Of a stretch of 20,000 bases of DNA, positions 8,877-17,323 are shown piece after piece (the first letter of the stretch is position 1; each line of letters opens with the position of its first letter). The notes beneath the pieces were generated by a model. It was not told where the DNA came from and ran no database searches. It saw only the letters and a program-made list of their open reading frames with translations. The stretch comes from an uncultured virus (IMG/VR IMGVR_UViG_3300042893_001183) (Duplodnaviria; Heunggongvirae; Uroviricota; Caudoviricetes): the IMG/VR virus record IMGVR_UViG_3300042893_001183. One strand, 5' to 3'. The position numbers and the translations under genes are program-made.

Positions 8877-9254
8877 TTAACAACAAGCAGTTTCTGAAAT
8901 AAAACTATCTTGGATATTAATATAAAGTTCCTCTCTGATTGGTAGAATTAAATTTCCTTCGTCGTTTTTAATTAAAAATTGACCTTGGTATCTACCAGGA
9001 GTATTTGTATCTCTTGCAGTAAATTTAAAATAAATGTAATACTCGGGGTCAGCACCTTCAGGTAAAATCAAATTTACAATTTCAGCAGGAGCAGAAACAA
9101 TTTTAGGAATTCCAGTTTCTACCTCAACCATAGTGAAAAATATAGTAGAAACTTCCAAGTCTTGCATAAGTTGCAAATAACCCGACCTTCCGTCTTTTAC
9201 AACCTGCATTTTTAATACAGGTAAAGTTGCATTCTTTTTTATATAAAATTCCAT
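8877..9254 (-). CDS. BppU N-terminal-like (baseplate upper / Ig-like) structural protein
   Basis: 125 aa. FYIKKNATLPVLKMQV...YFKFTARDTNTPGRYQGQFLI...LILPIREELYINI is the typical 'IK..DT.P.L...DT..PG.Y.GEF......P' pattern. TATTTAT lies 4 nt upstream. Confidence 0.6.
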   Translation of the reverse strand: MEFYIKKNATLPVLKMQVVKDGRSGYLQLMQDLEVSTIFFTMVEVETGIPKIVSAPAEIVNLILPEGADPEYYIYFKFTARDTNTPGRYQGQFLIKNDEGNLILPIREELYINIQDSFISETACC

Positions 9255-9258
9255 AACA

Positions 9259-9265
9259 ATAAATA
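9259..9265 (-). promoter_or_regulatory. TATTTAT motif (candidate late promoter)
   Basis: taTATTTATtgttATG before 9254. Confidence 0.55.
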
Positions 9266-9270
9266 TACTG

Positions 9271-10944
9271 TTATGATTCTTTACGCAACTCTCTGTTATA
9301 ATGTTCGAATCTATCGTGTTCTGTTGGTGTCATAAGTAACAATCCAGGGTATAACTCATCTTTTTTAACTAACTGATACATATGACTCATCCATGTTTGT
9401 TCAAACGGATGTGCCCATGTTGTATCTAAAAACATTTTTTTGTTTCCTGGCCTACTAACAATCTGAGGCCAATTACAATAATAAACGTCACCAACCGCAT
9501 ATGGAACACCCTTGTGGGATAACACAGCATGGAATTCTGTTTTTGGTGCATTAGGGTCAAGTCCCATTTCTGGAAGTCTTGGTTTACCTGGCCAAAATTC
9601 ATCTCTTACATGTTGAGGCACATTATACCAAGCCCACTGAGTTCCATTGTCTCCATAAAACTCAGAATAATTCATCTTTAAAAAATCAAAATTTTCTTTC
9701 TTAATAATTTCTAAAGACTTTGTATATAAATTTGGAACGTATCTATTAAATCCATTTCTACAGGATGTCCCCTCATTTGGAAAGAAGAACATATCATCTT
9801 CGAAAAATAAATAATAATCTAAATCGGTTTTATCAAAATGTTCGGCAATCCATTGTCTACCACCACATATACCTAAATTATCTTTCTTAATATGTTCAAA
9901 TCCAAATTCTTCACAAATTGTTAAGTATTCTTCGGTAGTTGATAAGTCACTTGAATTATCTAACAAAAACTTTTTAGTTTTTAGTATGTAGTCCTTATCA
10001 TATGCCAACATAGAATCAATAAGAGTTCTAAATTGTTTTGGACTATTGAATGTAATAACATACAATCCAACTTTGTTTGGGTCCAAAGTATTACTAACTT
10101 TTTCTGTATTTTCACTTTTAACTTTGAGCTCATCGTTTTTTAAATTTTCAAAAAATGTTCCGATTAAACCATTTGATTCAATTTCAAAATAGTTAATCAT
10201 ATCCGAATGTTTATAAGTCATAATACTGAAAATTGATTCTTCAGTACCCATGTATCCATCTTCTAATGTAGATTTAAGTAACCCATAATAAATTCCATTG
10301 ATATCTCCTATTGTATGTTTTGGTCCACCAAAAAATCCTCCTCTAGAAACTTTGGTAACTTTGGCTCCAGCAAGAGCATTTAATTTAGGATAATTGAATC
10401 CATGTATTTCAGTCTCAGCACCATATGGAAAACTAACAAATGAAAATTTTGAAATATATTTTGATAAATTATTTAATACTTTATCATGAGTAAAGTATCC
10501 TGGATGAACTGTATTTGTTAAACCACCATCAATCCAAAACATATATTCTGAATCAAATTGGTCCATTATTTTAGCATCATGTAATAAAAAAACTTTAGAC
10601 ATAACTAATGGATTGTAATTATCTAATCTTGCTTGAGTAGATTCTTTTAACCAACCAACTTGATTATACCATTCTGGATTTGTTCTTATTTTTTGAATCA
10701 TTGGGAAAAACTCTGAATTAGTAAACCAACTTAATGGCCTTACAATAAACTGAGTGGTTTTAGAACTTCTTCTTTCAAAAACAAATTCTTTTAATTCTTC
10801 GTCTCCAAAGATTATTAAGTTTTCTTCAACCTCTAAAAGTTTTTCAAACTTATCTAAATAATGTTGATAAGGTCTTGACCATCCTTCGGTCAATTCACCT
10901 CTTCCGATATCCCAAATACCTGTTACTAATGTTATATTACTCAT
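9271..10944 (-). CDS. Two-domain glycosyltransferase: HtrL/YibB(WlaTC)-like N-domain plus GT-A (GT2-like) C-domain
   Basis: N-domain: ITLVTGIWDIGR, YNPLVMSKVFLL, MFWIDGG, GGFFGG, GTEESIF. C-domain: LYVITFN, LLDNSSD, NLGICGGRQW, LFFEDDM (DxD-like). Confidence 0.75.
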   Translation of the reverse strand: MSNITLVTGIWDIGRGELTEGWSRPYQHYLDKFEKLLEVEENLIIFGDEELKEFVFERRSSKTTQFIVRPLSWFTNSEFFPMIQKIRTNPEWYNQVGWLKESTQARLDNYNPLVMSKVFLLHDAKIMDQFDSEYMFWIDGGLTNTVHPGYFTHDKVLNNLSKYISKFSFVSFPYGAETEIHGFNYPKLNALAGAKVTKVSRGGFFGGPKHTIGDINGIYYGLLKSTLEDGYMGTEESIFSIMTYKHSDMINYFEIESNGLIGTFFENLKNDELKVKSENTEKVSNTLDPNKVGLYVITFNSPKQFRTLIDSMLAYDKDYILKTKKFLLDNSSDLSTTEEYLTICEEFGFEHIKKDNLGICGGRQWIAEHFDKTDLDYYLFFEDDMFFFPNEGTSCRNGFNRYVPNLYTKSLEIIKKENFDFLKMNYSEFYGDNGTQWAWYNVPQHVRDEFWPGKPRLPEMGLDPNAPKTEFHAVLSHKGVPYAVGDVYYCNWPQIVSRPGNKKMFLDTTWAHPFEQTWMSHMYQLVKKDELYPGLLLMTPTEHDRFEHYNRELRKES

Positions 10945-11818
10945 AAATTCTATTAAATTCTTCTAATATTCTATAGAAGCTTTTATTGTTTAAGAAGAGT
11001 TCTTCATCAACTCCTCTAGGCGCGTTGTCTCTACACCACCAAATATCGAAATGTTTTCTAACAAATAAATCTAAATGGTTAAAATACATTAAAGTCATAA
11101 CGTGTTCTTCATGTGGTATACCCTTATCTTCAGTTATTATTTTTTGAATATAGTCTTCAAATAAATTAACAACCTCATCCCACTTATCTCTGTGTCCACC
11201 AAACATACCACCAATCACATGAATACTTCTATCGTATTCAGTATACCATTTTCTATCTACAGTACCTGACCAATAGTTTCTATCATTTTCTTTACCTAAA
11301 ATTAAAAACTTATCACTCGTATCCTCAATAAGATTCTTTAAAAAATCATTATTAAACAAACTACTTTCATAATATCTTTGTTGGATATGTTCATTTGTTA
11401 GATATTTTAGAGGAATCAATCCACAATGAGATAATCCAGCATCAATCCAATAATAATAATCATAAGATTTATCTTCGTTCCACCACCAATGGAACTTACT
11501 GTATTGAACCTCAACACATCTGTCTCCATTTTTAGTTTCCTCAATATTCTTATATTGATTAATCAAATCTTTAAATTTGGTATTTCCAATATCAAAAACC
11601 TGAAACTTAAGTTTGTCTTTTGGAATTGAGTATTCGACATAAAAAAACTCTTCTAATGAAGGTAATTCTCTATCTGAAGTGTAACATAGGAAATCCGCGT
11701 CTGTCATCTTTAAAAGTGACAACAAACTATACCTATAATGTCCTCCTCTATTTGGTCTACCTCCGAATTCAGTACCATATAGGTCACTGTAAATTGATGT
11801 TATAAATTTAACTGACAT
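10937..11818 (-). CDS. HtrL/YibB(WlaTC)-like putative glycosyltransferase
   Basis: 293 aa. VQYSKF, YYWIDAGLSH, IGGMFGG, HEEHVM. Parallels the N-domain of the downstream gene, with an 8-nt overlap. Confidence 0.65.
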   Translation of the reverse strand: MSVKFITSIYSDLYGTEFGGRPNRGGHYRYSLLSLLKMTDADFLCYTSDRELPSLEEFFYVEYSIPKDKLKFQVFDIGNTKFKDLINQYKNIEETKNGDRCVEVQYSKFHWWWNEDKSYDYYYWIDAGLSHCGLIPLKYLTNEHIQQRYYESSLFNNDFLKNLIEDTSDKFLILGKENDRNYWSGTVDRKWYTEYDRSIHVIGGMFGGHRDKWDEVVNLFEDYIQKIITEDKGIPHEEHVMTLMYFNHLDLFVRKHFDIWWCRDNAPRGVDEELFLNNKSFYRILEEFNRIYE

Positions 11819-12557
11819 AATAAAATTCTTTATGTTCCCCGTTATCTTTCATTTCTTGAACTTTGTATTGGTCCATAAATTCGTTAGGGATTTTAGTTGG
11901 GCACCACCTATTCCAATTATAGGTTTGCATGTACCAATTACTATACATACCTTCAGATATGTTTGAGTAACCAGATTTCTGTGGAGCTATTGGTAAAATT
12001 GGACAGTAGCTTTGATGTTTTTGTACAATAAATTTAAAAGTATAATCATCTAAGGCATGGAAATAATCACCACTGGTAAATGCCGTCAAACCAATATCAA
12101 AGATATCATCGTAAATTGATTGGTCATAAATTATCATATTTGCAGCATATATACCACGAGCATTTTCACCTTCACTAGGTTCAGGTAAGTTAGTCATATC
12201 TAACAATAAATCATATTCCTTGCTAACAGAAATCTCTCTATTTTGAGTTGGAGCCAAATTAAACATCGCAAATTCTAAATTAGGATAACTATCTTCTATT
12301 TTTTGAAGTAAATCTTTTGCATATGGCATAAAACCACAATCATCCTCAATAATCATAACACGAGGATATTTTTGTTCTTTAGCAATCTTAATAATTTCAA
12401 AAGTTGATTTGGTGATGCCCATATAAGAATTAGTATCTATTGCGGGAAATCTTTGAAAATCCCATCCGAGATATTTCATTTCCTTTGTAATTTCTTCTAA
12501 CCTATCAGGTCGTCTATCTAAATTTACAATAAACTTAGGGATTTCATTAAATTTCAT
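11808..12557 (-). CDS. Glycosyltransferase family 25-like protein
   Basis: 249 aa. FIVNLDRRPDRLE...FQRFPAID and MIIEDDC are GT25 (Lex2B/LgtB-type) hallmarks. Confidence 0.8.
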   Translation of the reverse strand: MKFNEIPKFIVNLDRRPDRLEEITKEMKYLGWDFQRFPAIDTNSYMGITKSTFEIIKIAKEQKYPRVMIIEDDCGFMPYAKDLLQKIEDSYPNLEFAMFNLAPTQNREISVSKEYDLLLDMTNLPEPSEGENARGIYAANMIIYDQSIYDDIFDIGLTAFTSGDYFHALDDYTFKFIVQKHQSYCPILPIAPQKSGYSNISEGMYSNWYMQTYNWNRWCPTKIPNEFMDQYKVQEMKDNGEHKEFYYVS

Positions 12558-13822
12558 TAACTAATTACATTGTGATTTAATTGACCAGTTATCCTATCAC
12601 ACCATCCTTTTGATTCTGAGTGAGGCCAAACTACCCAATAAGAAGGTAATTCTGTTGTTGGGAATTCTCTCCAAACTTTACAATACTTATCAGGGTCTCT
12701 CATAAATCCTGCAATTTCATTCTTATCCGCATCTTTTCTATATAATGTTTCGTCAGAACCATTGTGGAATGCAACAACCCAAAAATCATAATCGGTTTCA
12801 GTAACTTGTGAATATCCAATATCAATACAATGTTTAAATATTGTTGAGAATGAATTTTTCCAATCTTCTTCAGTTTCAAAGTTATAAGGACTTGGTGGAT
12901 ATTGTTTGTCCAAACAATGTTTGTCTACTGCTCTTTTTTCAAATAATAAACCTGAATATTTTTCATAATCTTTTAAACTTCTAACAGTACCAAATCCGTA
13001 TTGTCCATCATGTCCTTGTTGAGTTTCACCATCCATACCAAATAACTTTCTATTTGTTAAGTGAGAGTGGGTATTTTTTTGACCCCAAGTTTTATCATCA
13101 TCCCATTGTTTAGTTCTACCTTTACGAGTATACTCGTGATAAACAACAGGAATGTGTGGGTGAAATAAATCATAACCCCATGTATAAGCTCTTGCTGCAA
13201 TTGAAATCTCTTCTCCGTGGAAATAATATTCAGGGTTGTGTTGAACTTCTTTTGAAAATTCTCCTAAAGTAAAACAGAAGTGAGCAGAATAGAATCTTGA
13301 TGTAACAGGTTTTTTCATTTCTCTCCAACCTGGAATTGTTTCAGGTAAGAAGAATACCGCACCTTCAGGAATGAATCTATCGAAGGCCATTCTCCAAGCA
13401 TCTTGCGCTCTACCTGCTGGTTCATTATCAGGGTCGAAGGATGGTACATATCCCGTAAGTAGAGGTTTCTTGTGCCCATCCTTTTGTAGACCCTTTATCA
13501 TCTTGATTAAGATATCATCCCAATCTTTGACAAATCTCATATGAGAGTCAATTTGTAGTGTATATGATTCTCCATCATAAAGTTGTTGTGTTAGGTTTCT
13601 TGCCCAACAAACACCTTTTGCATCTTGATAAGGAATGTCTAAGATTTTAAATCTTTTGTCATCTCTATATTCATCTAAGTTATCAAACCCATCTTCTTCT
13701 GCGAATTGTCTTGCAATTGAGAATACTAAATTTTTAGGTTTCTTGGCGTTTTCCAACATGTCTTTTATTGTTGGTATTAACTGTGGGTCTCTGTAGGACG
13801 CAATTTGAACGAATATTTTCAT
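12557..13822 (-). CDS. GT60 / Gnt1-like (PF11397 'GlcNAc') polypeptide or hydroxyproline N-acetylglucosaminyltransferase
   Basis: 421 aa. IFVQIASYRDPQL, AKGVCWAR, LQIDSHMRF..WD, YFHGEEI..AARAYTWGYDLFHP, VYHEY, YGFGTVRSL.DYE are signature motifs of Dictyostelium Gnt1/Gnt2 and trypanosomatid OGNT. There is an extra ~90-aa C-terminal domain. TAATG overlap with the next gene. Confidence 0.85.
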   Translation of the reverse strand: MKIFVQIASYRDPQLIPTIKDMLENAKKPKNLVFSIARQFAEEDGFDNLDEYRDDKRFKILDIPYQDAKGVCWARNLTQQLYDGESYTLQIDSHMRFVKDWDDILIKMIKGLQKDGHKKPLLTGYVPSFDPDNEPAGRAQDAWRMAFDRFIPEGAVFFLPETIPGWREMKKPVTSRFYSAHFCFTLGEFSKEVQHNPEYYFHGEEISIAARAYTWGYDLFHPHIPVVYHEYTRKGRTKQWDDDKTWGQKNTHSHLTNRKLFGMDGETQQGHDGQYGFGTVRSLKDYEKYSGLLFEKRAVDKHCLDKQYPPSPYNFETEEDWKNSFSTIFKHCIDIGYSQVTETDYDFWVVAFHNGSDETLYRKDADKNEIAGFMRDPDKYCKVWREFPTTELPSYWVVWPHSESKGWCDRITGQLNHNVIS

Positions 13823-13846
13823 TAATGTCTATTTTGTATTAAAAAT

Positions 13847-13878
13847 AAAAAACCCTCCACAAAAGTAGAGGGTTTTTT
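13847..13878 (-). terminator. Rho-independent terminator (A-tract/U-tract, potentially bidirectional)
   Basis: Minus strand AAAAAA-CCCTCTAC-TTTT-GTGGAGGG-TTTTTT, 23 nt downstream of the stop at 13902. Confidence 0.85.
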
Positions 13879-13901
13879 GAAATATATTATTTTTAATTTT
13901 A

Positions 13902-14513
13902 TTAACTATGTGTTGGCGTATTAGTTAATGTTGGTGTATTAGTTGGTGTTTCAGTATTTGTAGGAGTTTGAGTATTAGTTGGCGTTGGAGTGTTAGTAGG
14001 AGTCGGTGTATTAGTTGGTGTTTCGGTGTTAGTTGGAGTTTGAGTATTTGTTGGCGTTTGTGTATTAGTTGGTGTTTGTGTATTAGTTGGTGTTTGTGTA
14101 TTAGTTGGTGTTGGAGTGTTTGTAGGAGTTTGTGTGTTAGTTTGGGTTTGTGTTGGAGTTTCGGTGTTAGTTGGAGTTGGTGTTGAAGTTTCAGTGTTAG
14201 TTGGAGTTGGTGTTGGAGTTGATGTGTTTGATGCAGTTATACTTACTGTTGGTGTATTAGTCGGAGTTTGAGTATTTGTTGGTGTCGGAGTCGCAGTCTC
14301 ACTAATTGGAGGGAAAGACCCCTGATTAATCAAAGAAACTGAACTAGTATAAACAGGAGAAATTGTATACGTCCCGTTAATTACCCAAATATTCTTTGTT
14401 TGATTTGGATTTAATTCAACTTGATACTCCCAAAGAGAGTCATCACATCTTCTATAATTAAAGTTCACAATTGTGGAACCTGTATTTGTTAAGGTATATT
14501 TGCTACATGCCAT
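13902..14513 (-). CDS. Putative virion-surface protein: small Cys-containing N-domain plus mucin-like Thr-Pro tail
   Basis: 203 aa. ~70-aa beta domain (C.KY.LTN...Y.RCDD...LNP) followed by 129 aa of TPTNT(Q/E) repeats running to the C-terminus. Confidence 0.7.
   Translation of the reverse strand: MACSKYTLTNTGSTIVNFNYRRCDDSLWEYQVELNPNQTKNIWVINGTYTISPVYTSSVSLINQGSFPPISETATPTPTNTQTPTNTPTVSITASNTSTPTPTPTNTETSTPTPTNTETPTQTQTNTQTPTNTPTPTNTQTPTNTQTPTNTQTPTNTQTPTNTETPTNTPTPTNTPTPTNTQTPTNTETPTNTPTLTNTPTHS
13911..14297 (-). repeat. Coding Thr-Pro repeat (18-nt/12-nt units; [16 protein letters not shown])
   Basis: Includes three exact copies of GTTTGTGTATTAGTTGGT at 14056-14109. Other units differ mainly at synonymous positions. 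Confidence 0.9.
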
Positions 14514-14532
14514 CTTAAATGTTATTTATTTA

Positions 14533-14539
14533 ATAAATA
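14533..14539 (-). promoter_or_regulatory. TATTTAT motif (candidate late promoter)
   Basis: gTATTTATtaaataaataacatttaagATG, 19 nt before 14513. Confidence 0.5.
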
Positions 14540-14593
14540 CTACGATTTTCTCTAATTTTATAAAGTAATCTTATTTTATTTCTTAAATAAGAT

Positions 14594-14656
14594 TTATGTT
14601 GTTGTAGTGGTTTGAGTATTAGTTGGAGTTTTCGTATTTATTGAGGTTGTTGTTGG
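14594..14656 (-). pseudogene. Orphan Thr/Pro-repeat coding remnant
   Basis: Translates as PTTTSINTKTPTNTQTTTTT*. Preceded by in-frame TAA TAA and no start codon, in the intergenic gap. Confidence 0.5.
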
Positions 14657-14691
14657 TTATTATAAAATAATTACAATCTGTTGAATACGTA

Positions 14692-15771
14692 TTAACTCAA
14701 TAATCCCGAAAGATAATCAGAAGTTAAATCAGTCCAAGTACCTGCGGATGTTACACTATTCCATGTCCACGCAGAAAATCCATCAACTTGAACATAAGAT
14801 TCATAACCATAGTCTGTGTTTATAAAAATACCGTTACACAAATATACTGGATTTTCACTAACATATCCTAAAGCAGATAATGTTCCTCCTGTAACTGCAG
14901 CTGGTAAATAATCATATAAAAATTGGTTAGCATTATTTCTAATAACTCTTGTAGCATGTACCATACTCTCACCATATGTCATTGCCGATAAAGTTGCTCT
15001 TTCAGGCCATAACATATCTTGAAGATAATAAAATTCATAATCTCCAGTTCCTGACCAAGATGGAAAGATTGGTTGTGTTGCACCTGATGCAATAACTTGA
15101 GCGATTGCTCCAGCAACTGCACCGCAAGTTGTTGACAAAGTAGTATTACTAACATTACCTTTACGATATATGTAACCTACATCACCATCAAGAGTAATTC
15201 CAATATGTGGTGTACTTGAAATAAATAATGTTCCTCCAGAAATTGTTGAACCTGTTGTTATATGACTTGCCCACGCTCCCAAACCAACTTGACCAACAAA
15301 TGGATAACCAGCTAAACCTCCTGACATAAATGGCCCAAGAAGAGAACTCATCGATGTAGGAAATTGACCAATATTACTAACTCCTTGTACTACTAGAGCA
15401 TCAACATCATCAGAACAAATTCCTTCAGCATATACAATATCTTCAGGTGCAAACCCTAATGATTGCATAAATCCTGTAGTATATGAACCCCAAAAACTAG
15501 ATAAAACAGAACCTGTAAATGTTAAATTAACAGTTTCAGTATACGCCGATTGAGCTGGTGCTGGTTCAGGTATTGTTATGGTATATTCTGTTTGATATTC
15601 AGTGATGAATAAATCGTACTCTCCATATGGATATTCTGAATAATAATTAAATGGAACTATTTGGGTACCTAAACTAATTGTTCCTCCAGTTACTGGCCTA
15701 AAAACAGTAGGATTTGATGTTTTTCCTATTAAACTGTTACTTGAGATTCTAACTCCTTCTATTGTTGACAT
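14692..15771 (-). CDS. LCIB/LCIC-family (theta-class) carbonic anhydrase-like domain fused to an N-terminal virion module
   Basis: 359 aa. GIC119SD121D, GPF..GGLAGYPFVG..G..AWASH, PH189IGIT.DG..G.IYR.G, TTC216GA and GIFINTD are the LCIB_C_CA motif set with a Cys/His/Cys Zn triad. aa 1-70 are paralogous to the N-terminus of 15808..16191. Confidence 0.8.
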   Translation of the reverse strand: MSTIEGVRISSNSLIGKTSNPTVFRPVTGGTISLGTQIVPFNYYSEYPYGEYDLFITEYQTEYTITIPEPAPAQSAYTETVNLTFTGSVLSSFWGSYTTGFMQSLGFAPEDIVYAEGICSDDVDALVVQGVSNIGQFPTSMSSLLGPFMSGGLAGYPFVGQVGLGAWASHITTGSTISGGTLFISSTPHIGITLDGDVGYIYRKGNVSNTTLSTTCGAVAGAIAQVIASGATQPIFPSWSGTGDYEFYYLQDMLWPERATLSAMTYGESMVHATRVIRNNANQFLYDYLPAAVTGGTLSALGYVSENPVYLCNGIFINTDYGYESYVQVDGFSAWTWNSVTSAGTWTDLTSDYLSGLLS

Positions 15772-15783
15772 ATTTTTTTATTT

Positions 15784-15790
15784 ATAAATA
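15784..15790 (-). promoter_or_regulatory. TATTTAT motif (candidate late promoter)
   Basis: aaTATTTATaaataaaaaaatATG, 12 nt before 15771. Confidence 0.5.
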
Positions 15791-15807
15791 TTATGATTTA
15801 TTGAAAT

Positions 15808-16191
15808 TTAATTTTGAATTATGGCGTATAATAAATCACCATTAGGTATGTCCAATGCCGACAAATTATCCAAAGGAATTGTTTCATACAATAATTCACC
15901 ATTAGGTATGTCTAATGCCGACAAATTATCCAAAGGAATTATGTCATATAATAATTCACCTGTAGGAATTAATTCGTATGTTGGTGATGGACAAGGTACA
16001 TTAATTGTATAAGTATAATTATATATTGCAACATAGCAATCATAAGTTCCATACCAATAATCGGTAATATAAGTAAATGGAAATGTTTGTTCACCTAAAC
16101 TAATTGTACTACCAGTACAAGAATGAAAGGTAACATTTGCGGTTAATCCGCTTAAATTATCACTAAATATTGATACACCACAATCTGCCAT
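15808..16191 (-). CDS. Putative virion protein: shared N-module plus 10/20-aa IPxxxLxY repeats
   Basis: 127 aa with no Lys or Arg. N-terminus GV.I.S..L.G.T.N..F...TG.TISLG.Q..PF.Y...Y.YG.YD. C-terminus IPLDNLSALDIPNG(E/D)LLY twice. Confidence 0.65.
   Translation of the reverse strand: MADCGVSIFSDNLSGLTANVTFHSCTGSTISLGEQTFPFTYITDYWYGTYDCYVAIYNYTYTINVPCPSPTYELIPTGELLYDIIPLDNLSALDIPNGELLYETIPLDNLSALDIPNGDLLYAIIQN
15827..15960. repeat. 60-bp coding tandem duplication (~2.2 copies)
   Basis: 15841-15880 and 15901-15940 are identical except for one base (attaggtatgtc[c/t]aatgccgacaaattatccaaaggaatt). Confidence 0.9.
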
Positions 16192-16195
16192 GTTA

Positions 16196-16202
16196 ATAAA
16201 TA
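16196..16202 (-). promoter_or_regulatory. TATTTAT motif (candidate late promoter)
   Basis: gagTATTTATtaacATG, 4 nt before 16191. Confidence 0.6.
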
Positions 16203-16224
16203 CTCAAAAATTTTATTTTATCTT

Positions 16225-16794
16225 TTAACATACCCCAACATTAATAATTTGATTACCGCTAAGTTGAATAAATCTACCTCCGTTTGAGATTGTAAAATTG
16301 GCATCTATTGGTGGAATAGTTAAAGATTGGTTACCATATACGTAATCTCCAACTTCCAAAATTTCAAAAGGTTTTGAAGTGTAGATTGTAACGTTTTTAG
16401 GATTTGCTGTCATACTAACAGATTGACAAACATTTTGATACCATCCACCTGTTCTTAGATTATACATATAAACTGTTGTTGGTGTAACCGTTGGTGTTGT
16501 TGTGGGTGTTGGAGTTGGAGAAGTTGAGGTTGGAGTAGGTGTTACCGAACTTTGAGTTGGTGTTGATGTAATAGTTGGAGTTGGTGTTGTCGAGGGACAT
16601 AATCCTACTAAAGATATTGTAAGAGGAGCTCCATAACTTTCAACAATTAAATCCTTAGCACAAACATATTGTACTTCTAACGGGTTAATTGGTGAAACAC
16701 TAATTATATCCGTACAACCAGTCCATCTATAATATCCTTCTTCGACATTATTGTAGTTGGTTATAATAAAATAGTTACAGTCTGTTGTATTCAT
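16225..16794 (-). CDS. Putative virion-surface protein: two small Cys domains joined by a Thr-Pro linker
   Basis: 189 aa. N-domain C.YF.ITN...YRWTGCTD...INP resembles the 203-aa protein. A 41-aa PSTTPTPT...TPTT linker is at 16474-16596. The C-domain ends in GVC. Confidence 0.65.
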   Translation of the reverse strand: MNTTDCNYFIITNYNNVEEGYYRWTGCTDIISVSPINPLEVQYVCAKDLIVESYGAPLTISLVGLCPSTTPTPTITSTPTQSSVTPTPTSTSPTPTPTTTPTVTPTTVYMYNLRTGGWYQNVCQSVSMTANPKNVTIYTSKPFEILEVGDYVYGNQSLTIPPIDANFTISNGGRFIQLSGNQIINVGVC

Positions 16795-16795
16795 T

Positions 16796-17308
16796 TTAAC
16801 TTACTTTAATATATCCGTAATTAACCGTAAAACCTGATACCGTATTGTTTTGAATACCGAATACAAATGTATTTGTTGATGTACCTACAGATGGTGAAGC
16901 AGTAGATATTGAACCCGCGGTTCCTATAATCTGTGCAGGTATAGTTGTAAACAATATTGGACTACCCCCACCAGTATAATTCCAGGCATACTGAACACCA
17001 ATTACTGGTACATTAGTATTACTAACACTTACTGTAGCATTATAAACTATTATACCATTTGGTATATTTCCAAGAACCCATAAGTTATACACATTATTAA
17101 TATCAACTGTAAAACTGTAGTTATTAGTCCCTGGAGTCACCGTCCAACTACCTGAGACTGGTGACACCACATTTGTTGAATATCCACTAAATAGTGTTTC
17201 TTTAGCCACCTTAAATGATTCCGTATTACCACTATTGTTCATAACAATAAACGACCCATTAGTATTTCCCGTAAATGTCGGTAATTGACTTATTTTTGTA
17301 TTTGCCAT
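16796..17308 (-). CDS. Putative fibre/virion structural protein with N-terminal KISQLP motif
   Basis: 170 aa. MANTKISQLP...IVM.....SFKV...TL N-terminus is typical of phage fibre attachment segments. The remainder is beta-rich in S/T/G/N. Confidence 0.55.
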   Translation of the reverse strand: MANTKISQLPTFTGNTNGSFIVMNNSGNTESFKVAKETLFSGYSTNVVSPVSGSWTVTPGTNNYSFTVDINNVYNLWVLGNIPNGIIVYNATVSVSNTNVPVIGVQYAWNYTGGGSPILFTTIPAQIIGTAGSISTASPSVGTSTNTFVFGIQNNTVSGFTVNYGYIKVS

Positions 17309-17323
17309 TTTATTCTATTTTTT

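Noticed and set aside
1314..11805. Short ORFs 1314..1562, 1798..1986, 2448..2684, 3171..3482, 5598..5888, 7086..7271, 7982..8218, 11620..11805
   Set aside because: Antisense or out-of-frame within confidently assigned genes, with no recognisable motifs.
13911..14297. Periodic GTTGG/ATTAGTTGG repeats as a CRISPR array or ncRNA repeat
   Set aside because: No constant repeat with unique spacers. The units are in-frame codons for TPTNT with synonymous variation. The same applies to 17405-17968.
15827..15960. Diversity-generating retroelement TR/VR pair
   Set aside because: Adjacent in-frame tandem duplication, differences not adenine-specific, and no reverse transcriptase in the window.
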